Shown here: positions 52,759 through 63,284 of the stretch, one piece after another
Numbering within the stretch: position 1 is the first letter of the stretch
How the letters are laid out: each line of letters begins with the position of its first letter
Assembly (NCBI GenBank): GCA_017548505.1
Contig: JAFYZX010000005.1
Coordinates: 385 to 64,384, forward strand
Direction: 5' to 3'
DNA from: Bacteroidales bacterium
GTDB lineage: Bacteria > Bacteroidota > Bacteroidia > Bacteroidales > UBA932
DNA length: 64,000 nucleotides
The notes under the pieces: model-generated
Databases searched by the model: none
What the model was told of the DNA's origin: nothing
Seen by the model: only the letters and a program-made list of their open reading frames with translations
Made by a program: the position numbers and the translations under genes

Positions 52759-54138
52759 CTATTTAAGCAGGCGGAAGATATCGTTTCCGAATGCCAGTAT
52801 CATAAGTCCTATCAATAGTATCATTCCCACTGTCTGGGCAGCGATGAGGAATTTGTCGCTTGGTTTCCTTCCCGTGATCATTTCGTACAGGGTGAACAGG
52901 ATATGTCCTCCGTCCAGAGCCGGGATAGGCAGTATGTTCAGAACGGCCAGCATGATTGAAAGGAAGGCGGTGATGCTCCAGAAGGCCCTCCAGTTCCAGT
53001 ATCCAGGGAAAATCTGCCCGATCGCGATAAAGCTTCCCACAGATTTGTAGGCCTTTGTCTTTGGGGTGAAAATCAGCTTGAGCTGCTTCCAGTAGTTGGA
53101 TATCTGCTCTCCGGCCTTTTTGATTCCTGCAGGAATTGCCTGAAGGAAGGAGTACTTGCGTTTTGTGATGTTGTAGAACTTGGAGAGATCTCCTTCCACT
53201 ACCACCCCGAAGAATCCCTCCGGACTGATCTGAAGCGGAATCTGGAGAAGCTGGAGGCTGTCAGCGTCTCTCTGGACGGTTGCCATCGCAGTTTTCCCGG
53301 GATGGGATGAGATGAATTCCAGGACCTCGGTGAACATAAGCGTTCTGCCTTCTGAAAGCAGGGTGGTGTCCTGGGCGGTGCTGTCCTGAGCCGGTATGTT
53401 CAGGGCCAGAAGCCTGTCTCCCTTCATTAGGCCCGCTGAGGCGTTTATGGACGTATCCGGAACTTCTGCCACCACAAACGGAATTCCGTACTCGAACAGG
53501 TCTGCGCTTTCCAGTATGGCTGGCATATATACGGGATCGATGGCGATTTCCTTGTTGGCACCTTCTCTTTCCACGGTTGCGGTCTTGGCCTGCTCCTGGA
53601 TGAGCTGGAGGCGGAGTTCGTCGAACTTCTCCACCGGCTTGCCGTCGAAACTTAAGACCTTGTCAGCATTTCGGAAACCGATCTCGCGTCCCAGGCTGTT
53701 GGTTGCGATACCTGTTGTAACATCCTCGTTCTTTATGTATTCCTCTCCCCAGGATGCCATAATGCAGGAATAAAGCACCACGGCAAGTATCACGTTGAAA
53801 AATACTCCCCCGAACAGCACGAAGAATCTCTGCCAGGCAGGATGGGAACGGAACTCCCACGGCTGAGGATCTTTCTTCATCTGCTCCTTGTCCATGGACT
53901 CGTCTATCATTCCCGCAATCTTGCAGTAGCCTCCCAGAGGGAGCCAGCCGATTCCGTATTCAGTGTCTGATTTCTTCGGTTTCCATCTGAAAAGCGCGAA
54001 TCCGGCGTCGAAGAACAGGTAGAATTTCTCCACCTTGATCTTGAACAGGCGGGCAAAGAAATAATGTCCGAATTCGTGTACGAGAACAAGCAGGCTGAGA
54101 GCCAGCACTACTTGCAGTATCTTCATTAAAACTGCCAT
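52759..54138 (-). CDS. rseP: RIP site-2 metalloprotease RseP
   Basis: HEFGHYFFAR zinc motif in TM1, a central PDZ region, and the C-terminal NILPIPALDGGH motif. Located downstream of dxr, a common arrangement. Confidence 0.92.
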   Translation of the reverse strand: MAVLMKILQVVLALSLLVLVHEFGHYFFARLFKIKVEKFYLFFDAGFALFRWKPKKSDTEYGIGWLPLGGYCKIAGMIDESMDKEQMKKDPQPWEFRSHPAWQRFFVLFGGVFFNVILAVVLYSCIMASWGEEYIKNEDVTTGIATNSLGREIGFRNADKVLSFDGKPVEKFDELRLQLIQEQAKTATVEREGANKEIAIDPVYMPAILESADLFEYGIPFVVAEVPDTSINASAGLMKGDRLLALNIPAQDSTAQDTTLLSEGRTLMFTEVLEFISSHPGKTAMATVQRDADSLQLLQIPLQISPEGFFGVVVEGDLSKFYNITKRKYSFLQAIPAGIKKAGEQISNYWKQLKLIFTPKTKAYKSVGSFIAIGQIFPGYWNWRAFWSITAFLSIMLAVLNILPIPALDGGHILFTLYEMITGRKPSDKFLIAAQTVGMILLIGLMILAFGNDIFRLLK

Positions 54139-54144
54139 AAATTA

Positions 54145-55305
54145 TCAAATCTGTTTTAATACCTCCTGAGCCCTTTCCTTGGACTGCCTGTCCGTAGAGA
54201 AAATGTCTTCCACGGTAGGAGAGGCGACAAAATTACATTTTTCTATTGTCTTTTCTATAACGAGAGGTATCTGTGTGAACTTTATTTCTCCCTTGAGGAA
54301 CGATGCCACAGCTACTTCATTGGCAGCATTCATTGCGCAAGGGATGTTGCCTCCTTTCTTGAAGGAAGAGTATGCGATTGCCAGGCAAGGGAACTTCTCA
54401 AGGTCCGGAGCAAAGAATGTGAGAGATCCGAGTTCAGGGAAACTTATGCGCTTGGTATTCAAATCTATGCGATTCGGATAAGACAGGGCGTACTGGATAG
54501 GGACTCTCATGTCCGGGTATCCGAGCTGGGCCTTGATGCTTCCGTCCGTGAACTGCACCATCGAGTGTATGATTGACTGCGGATGCACCACCACCTCAAT
54601 CTTGTCTACCGGGATGTTGAACAGCCAGGCGGCTTCCATTATCTCCAGTCCCTTGTTCATCATCGATGCGGAATCTATGGTGACCTTGCTGCCCATTTTC
54701 CAGTTAGGGTGGTTGAGGGCCTGCTCTACGGTTATGCTGTCAAATTCTTTCCTGTCAAGGTGCAGGAACGGCCCGCCGCTTGCGGTAAGAAGGAGTTTCT
54801 CGATAGAGGCCCTTTCTCCCTGCAGGCTCTGGAATATGGCGGAGTGCTCGCTGTCCACCGGAATAAGCGGGCTGCCGCATTCCCGGCTCAAACGGCTGAT
54901 TATGCTTCCTGCCGCTACCAGGGTTTCCTTGTTTGCAAGGGCTATGACTTTGCCCTTTTTCATCGCGGAGATGGTAGGGGCAAGTCCGGAAAAACCCACC
55001 ATTGCTGCAAGGACTATGTCCACATTGCTTCCTCCGGCAAGGTCTCCTGCGCTCTCCACTCCTGCAAATACCTTTATGTCCAAAGGTTCAAGAGCGTCCT
55101 TTACTTCCCTGTATTTGTCCTTGTTGCAGATGACCACGGAATTCGGATTAAACTGCCTTGCCTGCTGGATCAGCAGAGAGGCGTTGCTTCCTGCCGAGAG
55201 CATTTCCACCTGGAAAAGGTCTTGGTGGCGTGAGATTACGTCCAGAGCCTGGGTGCCGATGGATCCTGTGGACCCGAGTATGGCTATCCTTCTTTTCTGT
55301 TCCAT
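54145..55305 (-). CDS. dxr: 1-deoxy-D-xylulose 5-phosphate reductoisomerase
   Basis: ILGSTGSIGTQALDV NADPH loop, LANKETLV, DSEHSAIFQ, HPNWKMG. Confidence 0.96.
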   Translation of the reverse strand: MEQKRRIAILGSTGSIGTQALDVISRHQDLFQVEMLSAGSNASLLIQQARQFNPNSVVICNKDKYREVKDALEPLDIKVFAGVESAGDLAGGSNVDIVLAAMVGFSGLAPTISAMKKGKVIALANKETLVAAGSIISRLSRECGSPLIPVDSEHSAIFQSLQGERASIEKLLLTASGGPFLHLDRKEFDSITVEQALNHPNWKMGSKVTIDSASMMNKGLEIMEAAWLFNIPVDKIEVVVHPQSIIHSMVQFTDGSIKAQLGYPDMRVPIQYALSYPNRIDLNTKRISFPELGSLTFFAPDLEKFPCLAIAYSSFKKGGNIPCAMNAANEVAVASFLKGEIKFTQIPLVIEKTIEKCNFVASPTVEDIFSTDRQSKERAQEVLKQI

Positions 55306-55306
55306 C

Positions 55307-55609
55307 TTACGGGTTATCGTTTTGTTTTTCCTGCTGCGGGATCTGGCCCGAGGTTATCGTCTGGATGTCCTGCATCTGCTTTTGCCACTGAAGGATTTCC
55401 TGCTTTAGGGAGTCCAGCATAATGCGGTTCTGCACCATTTCCTTCCTGGTCTGCTCGTTAGGGTAACCGGGTATGAGCCTTTTGAGCGGTGTAATGGAGA
55501 TTATCAGAAAACTCAGCAGAAATGCGGCTACCGCTCCAATCAGAACATACAGCAGCAGGCTTCTTCTGCTAACCTCCAGGTGATATTTGCCGGATAACGA
55601 TTTTAACAT
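55307..55609 (-). CDS. small membrane-anchored coiled-coil protein, unknown function
   Basis: 100 aa from the ATG at 55609 (MLKSLSGKYHLE...), with one TM (LLLYVLIGAVAAFLLSFLIISI) and a Gln-rich tail. The longer track ORF (to 55939) would overlap ruvX and its promoter. Confidence 0.55.
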   Translation of the reverse strand: MLKSLSGKYHLEVSRRSLLLYVLIGAVAAFLLSFLIISITPLKRLIPGYPNEQTRKEMVQNRIMLDSLKQEILQWQKQMQDIQTITSGQIPQQEKQNDNP

Positions 55610-55618
55610 AAATTCATT

Positions 55619-55626
55619 TAACTTTG
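55619..55626 (+). promoter_or_regulatory. -7 promoter box for ruvX-def
   Basis: TAACTTTG, 10 nt upstream of the ATG at 55637. Confidence 0.55.
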
Positions 55627-55636
55627 CACCCGTCAG

Positions 55637-56089
55637 ATGGAGAGAGTCATCGGTATAGATTACGGAAGAAAGCGTACTGGGATTGCCCAAAGCGATCCTC
55701 TCGGAATCTTTGCCTCTGCCCTTGACTTCGTGCCAAGTGCAAAGATAATTGATTATCTGAAAAACTACGCCCAGAAGGAGACCATAACCCTGTTTGTGGT
55801 GGGTTATCCCAAGAATCTGGACAATACTCCGAGCGAGAACCTCAAATATGTGGACGCTTTCCTGAAAAACCTCAAGAAGGCTTTCCCCGATATTCCGGTT
55901 GAACTCGAAGACGAAAGGTTCACCTCCACAATCGCTCACCGCACCATGATTGAGGGCGGTATGAAAAAGAGCGACCGCAGAGTCAAGGGCAATGCGGACA
56001 AGATCAGCGCGGTGCTGATTCTCCAGTCATACCTGAACCGCAAGGCATCGCAGAGCAAGAACACACAGAACACAACAAACACACAATAA
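55637..56089 (+). CDS. ruvX: Holliday junction resolvase-like RuvX/YqgF
   Basis: VIGIDYGRKRTGIAQSD N-terminal RNase H-like motif and DERFTS. Confidence 0.9.
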   Translation: MERVIGIDYGRKRTGIAQSDPLGIFASALDFVPSAKIIDYLKNYAQKETITLFVVGYPKNLDNTPSENLKYVDAFLKNLKKAFPDIPVELEDERFTSTIAHRTMIEGGMKKSDRRVKGNADKISAVLILQSYLNRKASQSKNTQNTTNTQ

Positions 56090-56108
56090 AAAAGAATAAA
56101 CACAGAAT

Positions 56109-56654
56109 ATGATACTCCCTATATATGTTTACGGACAGCCTGTCCTCAGAGAAATAGCAAAGCCGGTTGACCTCAATATGGAAGGCCTTGACCAGCTCAT
56201 CAGCGATATGTACGAAACCATGAAAAATGCCGACGGCGTGGGCATTGCCGCTCCGCAGGTTGGCAAGAGCCTCAGGATCGTAATCGTCGATGGCACAGAC
56301 CTGACAGAAGATTATCCTGAACTCAAGGATTTCAAGAGGATTATGATCAATCCTGAAATCATCGAGAAAAGCGAGGAGACTGCCGAGTATTCAGAGGGCT
56401 GCCTTAGCGTTCCGGACATCAACTGCAACGTTGTCCGCCCAAAGAGCATTACCGTAAAGTACATCAACGAGAAAAGGGAAACCGTTACAGAGAAGTTCGA
56501 CGGCTTCGGCTGCCGTATGGTAGAGCACGAACTGGACCATCTGGATGGCCACATGTTCATTGACCGCGTATCCCAGATACGAAGGAAACTCATAGGCGGC
56601 AAGCTCCGCAAACTGGAGACCCGCAACTTCCGCCCAAGATATAAAATCAAGTAG
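56109..56654 (+). CDS. def: peptide deformylase
   Basis: GIAAPQVG, EGCLSVP and HELDHL motifs. Confidence 0.96.
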   Translation: MILPIYVYGQPVLREIAKPVDLNMEGLDQLISDMYETMKNADGVGIAAPQVGKSLRIVIVDGTDLTEDYPELKDFKRIMINPEIIEKSEETAEYSEGCLSVPDINCNVVRPKSITVKYINEKRETVTEKFDGFGCRMVEHELDHLDGHMFIDRVSQIRRKLIGGKLRKLETRNFRPRYKIK

Positions 56655-56671
56655 ATTCAGCAGATAACATA

Positions 56672-56789
56672 ATTACAGGCAACCTTTTTCAAGGCCTGTG
56701 GCCGCCCATGGCCTCATGAATGGGTGGCCTGCCTTCAGGCAGGTCGGGACGAGCGAAGCGAGGGCATTTGAAAAAGGGTTGCCTGTAAT
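56672..56789. repeat. ~120-nt nested-hairpin element between convergent def and DUF3298 genes
   Basis: Outer 21-bp inverted repeat ATTACAGGCAACCTTTTTCAA / TTGAAAAAGGGTTGCCTGTAAT. It encloses a 10-bp stem (GGCCGCCCAT...ATGGGTGGCC) and a 6-bp stem (CCTGCC-TTCA-GGCAGG). The interior is GC-rich. Confidence 0.8.
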
Positions 56790-56794
56790 GTGCT

Positions 56795-57655
56795 TTATTT
56801 CAAGAGGTCGAGAACGGATGGGGTGAGGTACTTCTCGATCTCGGCGTAAGGAACTACGAACTCAGGAGCGCCGGCAGCGTATGCGGCAATCTCGTATTCC
56901 TGGTAGGAGAAGAGGATTCCGTCCTTAACAAGGCAAGGAGGAGTCTGAGGCCTTGCGGCAGAATACTTGGAAACGGAATTCTCCCAGCAATAATCGTAAA
57001 GAGTTTCCTCATCGCCGATATTCCAGTAATCCATAAGGCCCTTCTTGATGATCTTGTCAAGGCCTTCGTCCGTAACGTCTTTGAGGATGAAGAAGTCTCT
57101 AATGATCTTGCCGTCAGCCTTGCGGAAAGTTACGCCGTAATGGGTTCTGCCGCCGTGTGCTCCGCCAAGATAGACATCAAACGTGTACATGAAAGTCACG
57201 CACTTGTCGTTCTCGAAGTCTTTCTTTATCCCGATTTCGTAGCTCAAGGCAGGAGCCGCAAAGTCAGAGGATTTCTCAAACCTTTCCTTGTAGGAATCTC
57301 CGTAAAGCTTCACTATTGCCTTGGCGTCTTCCATATCTCCCTCATAGACTTTATCGTATTCGTTGAGGAAAGAAAGATGCTCCTTGATCCAGTCTCTTAC
57401 GGCGTTGACAGACACGATGTTCTTGCCGTTGGACTTTGGCCAGTCGATATCCAGGCTTACCAGAATCTCGGTGCTGTCCTGGTCTTCTATCGGCTCGTCA
57501 AGGGTGAGCATAACCTTGTTCTCATAGTCATACTTTGCATTCTCAACCTGGAAATCTCCTGTAGCAAAAGGATCGTTGGAAGAAGAGAAATATTTGCATC
57601 CAGGGAATGAAGCAGCAACAATCAGGGCGGCGGCAATTAGAAGAGTCTTTTTCAT
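56795..57655 (-). CDS. DUF3298/DUF4163-type lipoprotein (RsiV/PdaC-like fold)
   Basis: 286 aa, lipobox ASFPGCKY. The YLGGAHG motif and C-terminal QEYEIAAYAAGAPEFVVPY are typical of DUF3298. Confidence 0.7.
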   Translation of the reverse strand: MKKTLLIAAALIVAASFPGCKYFSSSNDPFATGDFQVENAKYDYENKVMLTLDEPIEDQDSTEILVSLDIDWPKSNGKNIVSVNAVRDWIKEHLSFLNEYDKVYEGDMEDAKAIVKLYGDSYKERFEKSSDFAAPALSYEIGIKKDFENDKCVTFMYTFDVYLGGAHGGRTHYGVTFRKADGKIIRDFFILKDVTDEGLDKIIKKGLMDYWNIGDEETLYDYCWENSVSKYSAARPQTPPCLVKDGILFSYQEYEIAAYAAGAPEFVVPYAEIEKYLTPSVLDLLK

Positions 57656-57678
57656 ATCTGTAATGTTTTTGTTTTCTG

Positions 57679-58554
57679 TTATTTGAGAAGATCTGCCGCA
57701 GCAGGGGAAAGAAGACCTTCCATCTTGTCGTAAGGAATTGTGAAGCCTGGCATTCCGGCAGCGTAAGCGGCAATCTCATATTGCTGGAACTGGAAGTCTA
57801 CGCCTGTAGAGGTAAACCAAGGACCGTATTTAGGAAGTGGAAGAAGGTATTCCCTTAAGCTTCCGTCTGTATATTCTCCGAGAACTTCTTCCTTGGTTGC
57901 ATTGAAGTATTCGCACAGGCCGTCGAATGCCATAGGGATGAGTTTCTGCTCGGCTTCATAATCGTGAGAAACAATATCATTGCCGAACATTCTTCCGTCT
58001 TCCTTGCGGAATGTTGCGCCATAGTAGGAGTGAAATCCGTGGGCGCCACCGGTGTATTCTTCTACGACAAACATCCAGGTGACACATTTAGCATTCTCGA
58101 AAAGTTTGCTGGTAGAAATTTCCACATCCCTGTAGCCGTTGAAAATAGGCGGATCTATGGTTTCCTCAAGAGCTTTCTTTATTTCGTTTCCATAATAGTC
58201 TGCCATGGCCTGTCCGTTTTGCATATCCCCTTCAAAATACATTGGACCCTGGGAATTGTTGGCTGAAATCTGCTCGTTCACCCATTCCCTGACTCTGCGT
58301 GCCAGGATGGAATTTCCTTCAGGAAGATCCAGGTCGAGGCTAACGATAATGTGAACGGAATCGTCATCGTTCTTGTATTCGGAATCTGCAGGAGGAAGAG
58401 GGGCAAGCCTGTTGTCTACATAAGAGTACTTGAACTTCTTTACGGAAACGCTGTCTCCAGGTTTCAGGATAGTTGGTCCGCCTGCGTTATCCTTGCAGGA
58501 AAACAGAGCCATTGAAAGCATTACGGATGCTGCTACAATAAAGATTCTTTTCAT
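57679..58554 (-). CDS. DUF3298/DUF4163-type lipoprotein, tandem paralog
   Basis: 291 aa, lipobox MALFSCKD, with YTGGAHG and QQYEIAAYAAGMPGFTIPY. Clear paralog of the gene immediately downstream. Confidence 0.7.
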   Translation of the reverse strand: MKRIFIVAASVMLSMALFSCKDNAGGPTILKPGDSVSVKKFKYSYVDNRLAPLPPADSEYKNDDDSVHIIVSLDLDLPEGNSILARRVREWVNEQISANNSQGPMYFEGDMQNGQAMADYYGNEIKKALEETIDPPIFNGYRDVEISTSKLFENAKCVTWMFVVEEYTGGAHGFHSYYGATFRKEDGRMFGNDIVSHDYEAEQKLIPMAFDGLCEYFNATKEEVLGEYTDGSLREYLLPLPKYGPWFTSTGVDFQFQQYEIAAYAAGMPGFTIPYDKMEGLLSPAAADLLK

Positions 58555-58569
58555 GGTATATGTTTTTAA

Positions 58570-59852
<1,283 letters not shown>

Positions 59853-59858
59853 TTCCCC

Positions 59859-61730
59859 TTACAGCAGAGGGAAGGTTTTCTCAAGGCCGATGGAGTGGGA
59901 GCCTTTAATCAGTATGGTCTTGTCTTTCATCGGATTCTTCTCAAGCCAGGCTATCAGGGCAGGGGTGTCCTGGAACAGAAGCACTTCCGTGGTGTCCTTG
60001 GCGGCCTTGATGCCGGTGGATTTCCTGGTGTGGAGCTCCTTGTAGGCCTTGGCGAACTCTTCTCCCACAAGAAGGACTTTTTCTGTCTGCATCTTCAGGG
60101 CCTGCTCCAGAATATTGCGGTGTTCCTTCTGGGAGTCGGCTCCCAGCTCTCTCATATCGCCGAGCAGAAGAACCTTCTTTCCCTTGCGGCTGGAAAGGGA
60201 AAGGTTCTGGAAACTCTCCAGAGAGGCCTTCATGCTGGTAGGGTTGGCGTTGTATGTGTCCTTGATCAGTATGTTGTGCCTTGTCTTGGTCATCTGGGAG
60301 CGGTTGTTGGACGGCTCGTATGAGGAGACAGCCTTTACTGCATCCGATGTAGGAACGGCGAAGTAGGTTCCTATGCTGATGGCGGCAAGGACGTTGTCGG
60401 AGTTGTAGCTTCCGATGAGGTTGGTCTTTATCTTGATCATCTTTCCGCCCTTGCTTCCGGAAGGATCTGCAATCTCCAGCTTGAGGAACGGATCCTTGTC
60501 TGTGTTAGGAAGGATTTTGGCGCTGTTGCTGGAAAGGCCGTAAGGCACAATCTGCATCTCCGGACGCTTCTCCGCCATTTCCCTGAGCAGCGGATTGTCC
60601 GTGTTTACAAACGCTATCTTCTTGTGTTCCTGAAGGTTGTCGTAGAGTTTGCCCTTGGCTTTCATAACGCCTTCCAGAGAGCCGAAGCCTTGGAGATGAG
60701 CCTTGCCGATGCTGGTAATCAGTCCGAAGGAAGGGCAGACTACAGCGGAAAGGACGGCAATGTCTTCCGGATGGGATGCTCCCATCTCCACAACGGCAAC
60801 TTCCGTGTCCTTGTCGATTCTGAGGAGAGTCAGCGGAACACCGATGTCGTTATTGAGGTTGCCCTCTGTTGCAACTACCTTGTATCTTGTGGAAAGGACA
60901 GCGTTTATAAGTTCCTTGGTTGTGGTCTTGCCGTTGGTTCCGGTAAGTCCGATTACAGGAATCTTGAACTGAAGCCTGTGGTGCTTTGCCAGCTGCTGTA
61001 GAGTCTTGAGGGAATTATCCACGATGATGACTTTCTTCGGGAACTCTTTCTTGGCCTGCTTTGCCTTGGCCTTGTTGTCTGAAATCACGTATGCGGCTCC
61101 CTTTTCCAGAGCCTGAGTGAGGAAGTCGTTGCCGTCGAAGTTTTCTCCCTTCAGGGCCAGGAACATGCAACCTTCCTGAATCTTGCGGGTATCGGTGCAT
61201 AGGCCGGTGGTCTTCTGGTAAAGCGTGTAGAGCTTGTAGATGTCCGGTTTGCCGTCTTTAGAGCAAATCTTGTTTACCGATATGTTGTTGGCCTTGACTC
61301 CGAGTCCGGTGGAGCCGAATCCGCCCTCTCCCCTGAGAGTTTCGGAAAGCTTGTCCACCTGCTGCCACTGCACTTGGGAATACTTTGCAATCACCATCTG
61401 TGCGATCCTTTCTCCAGGCTTGATGGTGAAAGTTTCCTTGGAAAGATTCACAAGTATGACCTTTATTTCTCCGCGATAATCCGCGTCTATTGTGCCCGGA
61501 GCGTTGGCTACGGTAATGCCGAACTTTGCTGCCAGTCCGCTCCTCGGACGGATCTGTGCCTCATAGCCTTGCGGGAGTTCTATGAACAGGCCGGTTGGCA
61601 CTATGGTTCTCTCCAGGGAGTGGAGTTCAATCGGAGAGTCAATGTTTGCGTTAAGGTCCATTCCGGCCGAAAGGCTGGTTGCGTATTTCGGCAGCGGATA
61701 GGCAGACTGGTTTACTATCTTTACTATCAT
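59859..61730 (-). CDS. in-frame fusion: dUTP diphosphatase (N) + UDP-MurNAc-tripeptide--D-Ala-D-Ala ligase MurF (C)
   Basis: 623 aa. Residues 1-142 are a complete dUTPase ([29 protein letters not shown]). Residues ~163-623 are MurF ([45 protein letters not shown]-like GASHPED, DTYNANP). The 20-codon linker has no stop and no ATG/GTG/TTG. Confidence 0.85.
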   Translation of the reverse strand: MIVKIVNQSAYPLPKYATSLSAGMDLNANIDSPIELHSLERTIVPTGLFIELPQGYEAQIRPRSGLAAKFGITVANAPGTIDADYRGEIKVILVNLSKETFTIKPGERIAQMVIAKYSQVQWQQVDKLSETLRGEGGFGSTGLGVKANNISVNKICSKDGKPDIYKLYTLYQKTTGLCTDTRKIQEGCMFLALKGENFDGNDFLTQALEKGAAYVISDNKAKAKQAKKEFPKKVIIVDNSLKTLQQLAKHHRLQFKIPVIGLTGTNGKTTTKELINAVLSTRYKVVATEGNLNNDIGVPLTLLRIDKDTEVAVVEMGASHPEDIAVLSAVVCPSFGLITSIGKAHLQGFGSLEGVMKAKGKLYDNLQEHKKIAFVNTDNPLLREMAEKRPEMQIVPYGLSSNSAKILPNTDKDPFLKLEIADPSGSKGGKMIKIKTNLIGSYNSDNVLAAISIGTYFAVPTSDAVKAVSSYEPSNNRSQMTKTRHNILIKDTYNANPTSMKASLESFQNLSLSSRKGKKVLLLGDMRELGADSQKEHRNILEQALKMQTEKVLLVGEEFAKAYKELHTRKSTGIKAAKDTTEVLLFQDTPALIAWLEKNPMKDKTILIKGSHSIGLEKTFPLL

Positions 61731-63283
61731 CGTGATAATTTAATTTTTGTCTTTTTCTTAAGGAACACCAGGAAGACTCCGAGCAATAAAGTGTTGAAAG
61801 CGAGCTTGGCAATCAGCATTCCGGTGTTCTGCAGGTCTGCGGTTTGGCCTGTTATCTTTTCAAGGGCGAACTGAGCTCCTAAGGCAACAAGATACAGGAT
61901 CACTCCCACGGCTATGTATGAAAGTATCTGTTTCCATCTGTATGGGATCGGATAATATTTCTGCCCGAGGTAGGCGCTCAGCAGAAGCATTGCAAGGCAG
62001 CTTGCCAGGTGAACCCAAACGGAAGCCCAGTAGGAGAACATAGGCATGAATATCAGGTTGCCCACAATGGTAACTCCCAGTCCCAGAAGGGTTATGACAA
62101 TGGCGTATTTTGTCTGGCCGCTTAGCTTGTACCACATGCTGACATTGAACAGCATTCCCAGAATCATATAGGCGATCAGCATGATCGGAACCGTTCCCAG
62201 CGCACTGCGGAAGTCCTTGCCGAGTATCAGGCCTATGATGTCCATGTAGAAAACTATGCCCAGGAATATCAGCATGCAGAATGCCACAAAGTATTCCATC
62301 ACCTTGGCGTATAGCTCGTTGGATCCTTTCTCCTTATACCTCGAGAAGAAGAACGGCTCAGCCGCATAGCGGAACATCTGTATGAACAGGTTCATTATTA
62401 CGGCCAGCTTGATTGCCGCCTGGTAGACTCCGAGGTCCGCCTTCCATCCGTCTCCGGTGATGCCGTCCCCAACCAGGAAGCGGAACAGAAACCTGTCCGC
62501 GCTCTCGTTGATGATTCCCGGAAGGTTTGCGATCATAAGCGGCAGGGAATAGAGCATCATCTTCTTCCACAGGGCTCCGTCGAACTTGAAACGTATTTTC
62601 AGAAGGTCCGGAATGAAGAGCAGGAAGCAGAGGACGCAGCTCAGGAATACCGCAAAGATTATGTAGGAGAAGTGAATCTGCTCAGGAATGAAAGCCGTAA
62701 GGAAGTTGCCCGGATGGGATGCCATGAACTTTGGCACTGCAAAGAAGAGCAGCAAGTTGAATCCAAGTTCGCTGACAATCTTGATGGATTTGAACAGGGC
62801 GAATTTCAGGGCTTTCTGCTGGTACCTCAGCCTTGCAAACAGTATTGCCGTTATGGCATCCAGGGCCAGGATTCCTCCCACATAGACTATCATTTTGGAA
62901 TAGCCCTCATATCCCATCGCGGAGGAAATGTTTCCGCTGAAAAGCCAGCACCCCGCAAAGAAGAATATGGCAAGGGTGGTTACAGTGGAAAGGGCGGTGG
63001 AGAAGACCGTGTGATGCCGTTGAGTGTCAACACCGCTATCCGTTCCGTCTTCCGATGTTGTGCCCTTTGAGGCAAACTTGAAGCACCCGGTTTCCAGACC
63101 GAGGACCAGCACTACCTGGAACACGGCTATGTAGCTCATTATCTCCGCATACGAGCCATATCCGTCTGTTGTGAGGATCCTCGTGTAGATAGGTACGAAG
63201 AAGAAGTTGATGATTCTGGCCAGTATCGTGCTAAGCCCGTATATGGCGGTTTCGCCCGCAAGTTTTTTCAGAGGATTTGCCAT
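61727..63283 (-). CDS. MOP-superfamily polysaccharide/oligosaccharide flippase (Wzx/MurJ-like)
   Basis: 518 aa, about 14 hydrophobic helices. The N-terminus [30 protein letters not shown] is typical of polysaccharide biosynthesis (Polysacc_synt) proteins. The stop overlaps the dut-murF start (ATGA). Confidence 0.8.
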   Translation of the reverse strand: MANPLKKLAGETAIYGLSTILARIINFFFVPIYTRILTTDGYGSYAEIMSYIAVFQVVLVLGLETGCFKFASKGTTSEDGTDSGVDTQRHHTVFSTALSTVTTLAIFFFAGCWLFSGNISSAMGYEGYSKMIVYVGGILALDAITAILFARLRYQQKALKFALFKSIKIVSELGFNLLLFFAVPKFMASHPGNFLTAFIPEQIHFSYIIFAVFLSCVLCFLLFIPDLLKIRFKFDGALWKKMMLYSLPLMIANLPGIINESADRFLFRFLVGDGITGDGWKADLGVYQAAIKLAVIMNLFIQMFRYAAEPFFFSRYKEKGSNELYAKVMEYFVAFCMLIFLGIVFYMDIIGLILGKDFRSALGTVPIMLIAYMILGMLFNVSMWYKLSGQTKYAIVITLLGLGVTIVGNLIFMPMFSYWASVWVHLASCLAMLLLSAYLGQKYYPIPYRWKQILSYIAVGVILYLVALGAQFALEKITGQTADLQNTGMLIAKLAFNTLLLGVFLVFLKKKTKIKLSR

Positions 63284-63284
63284 A

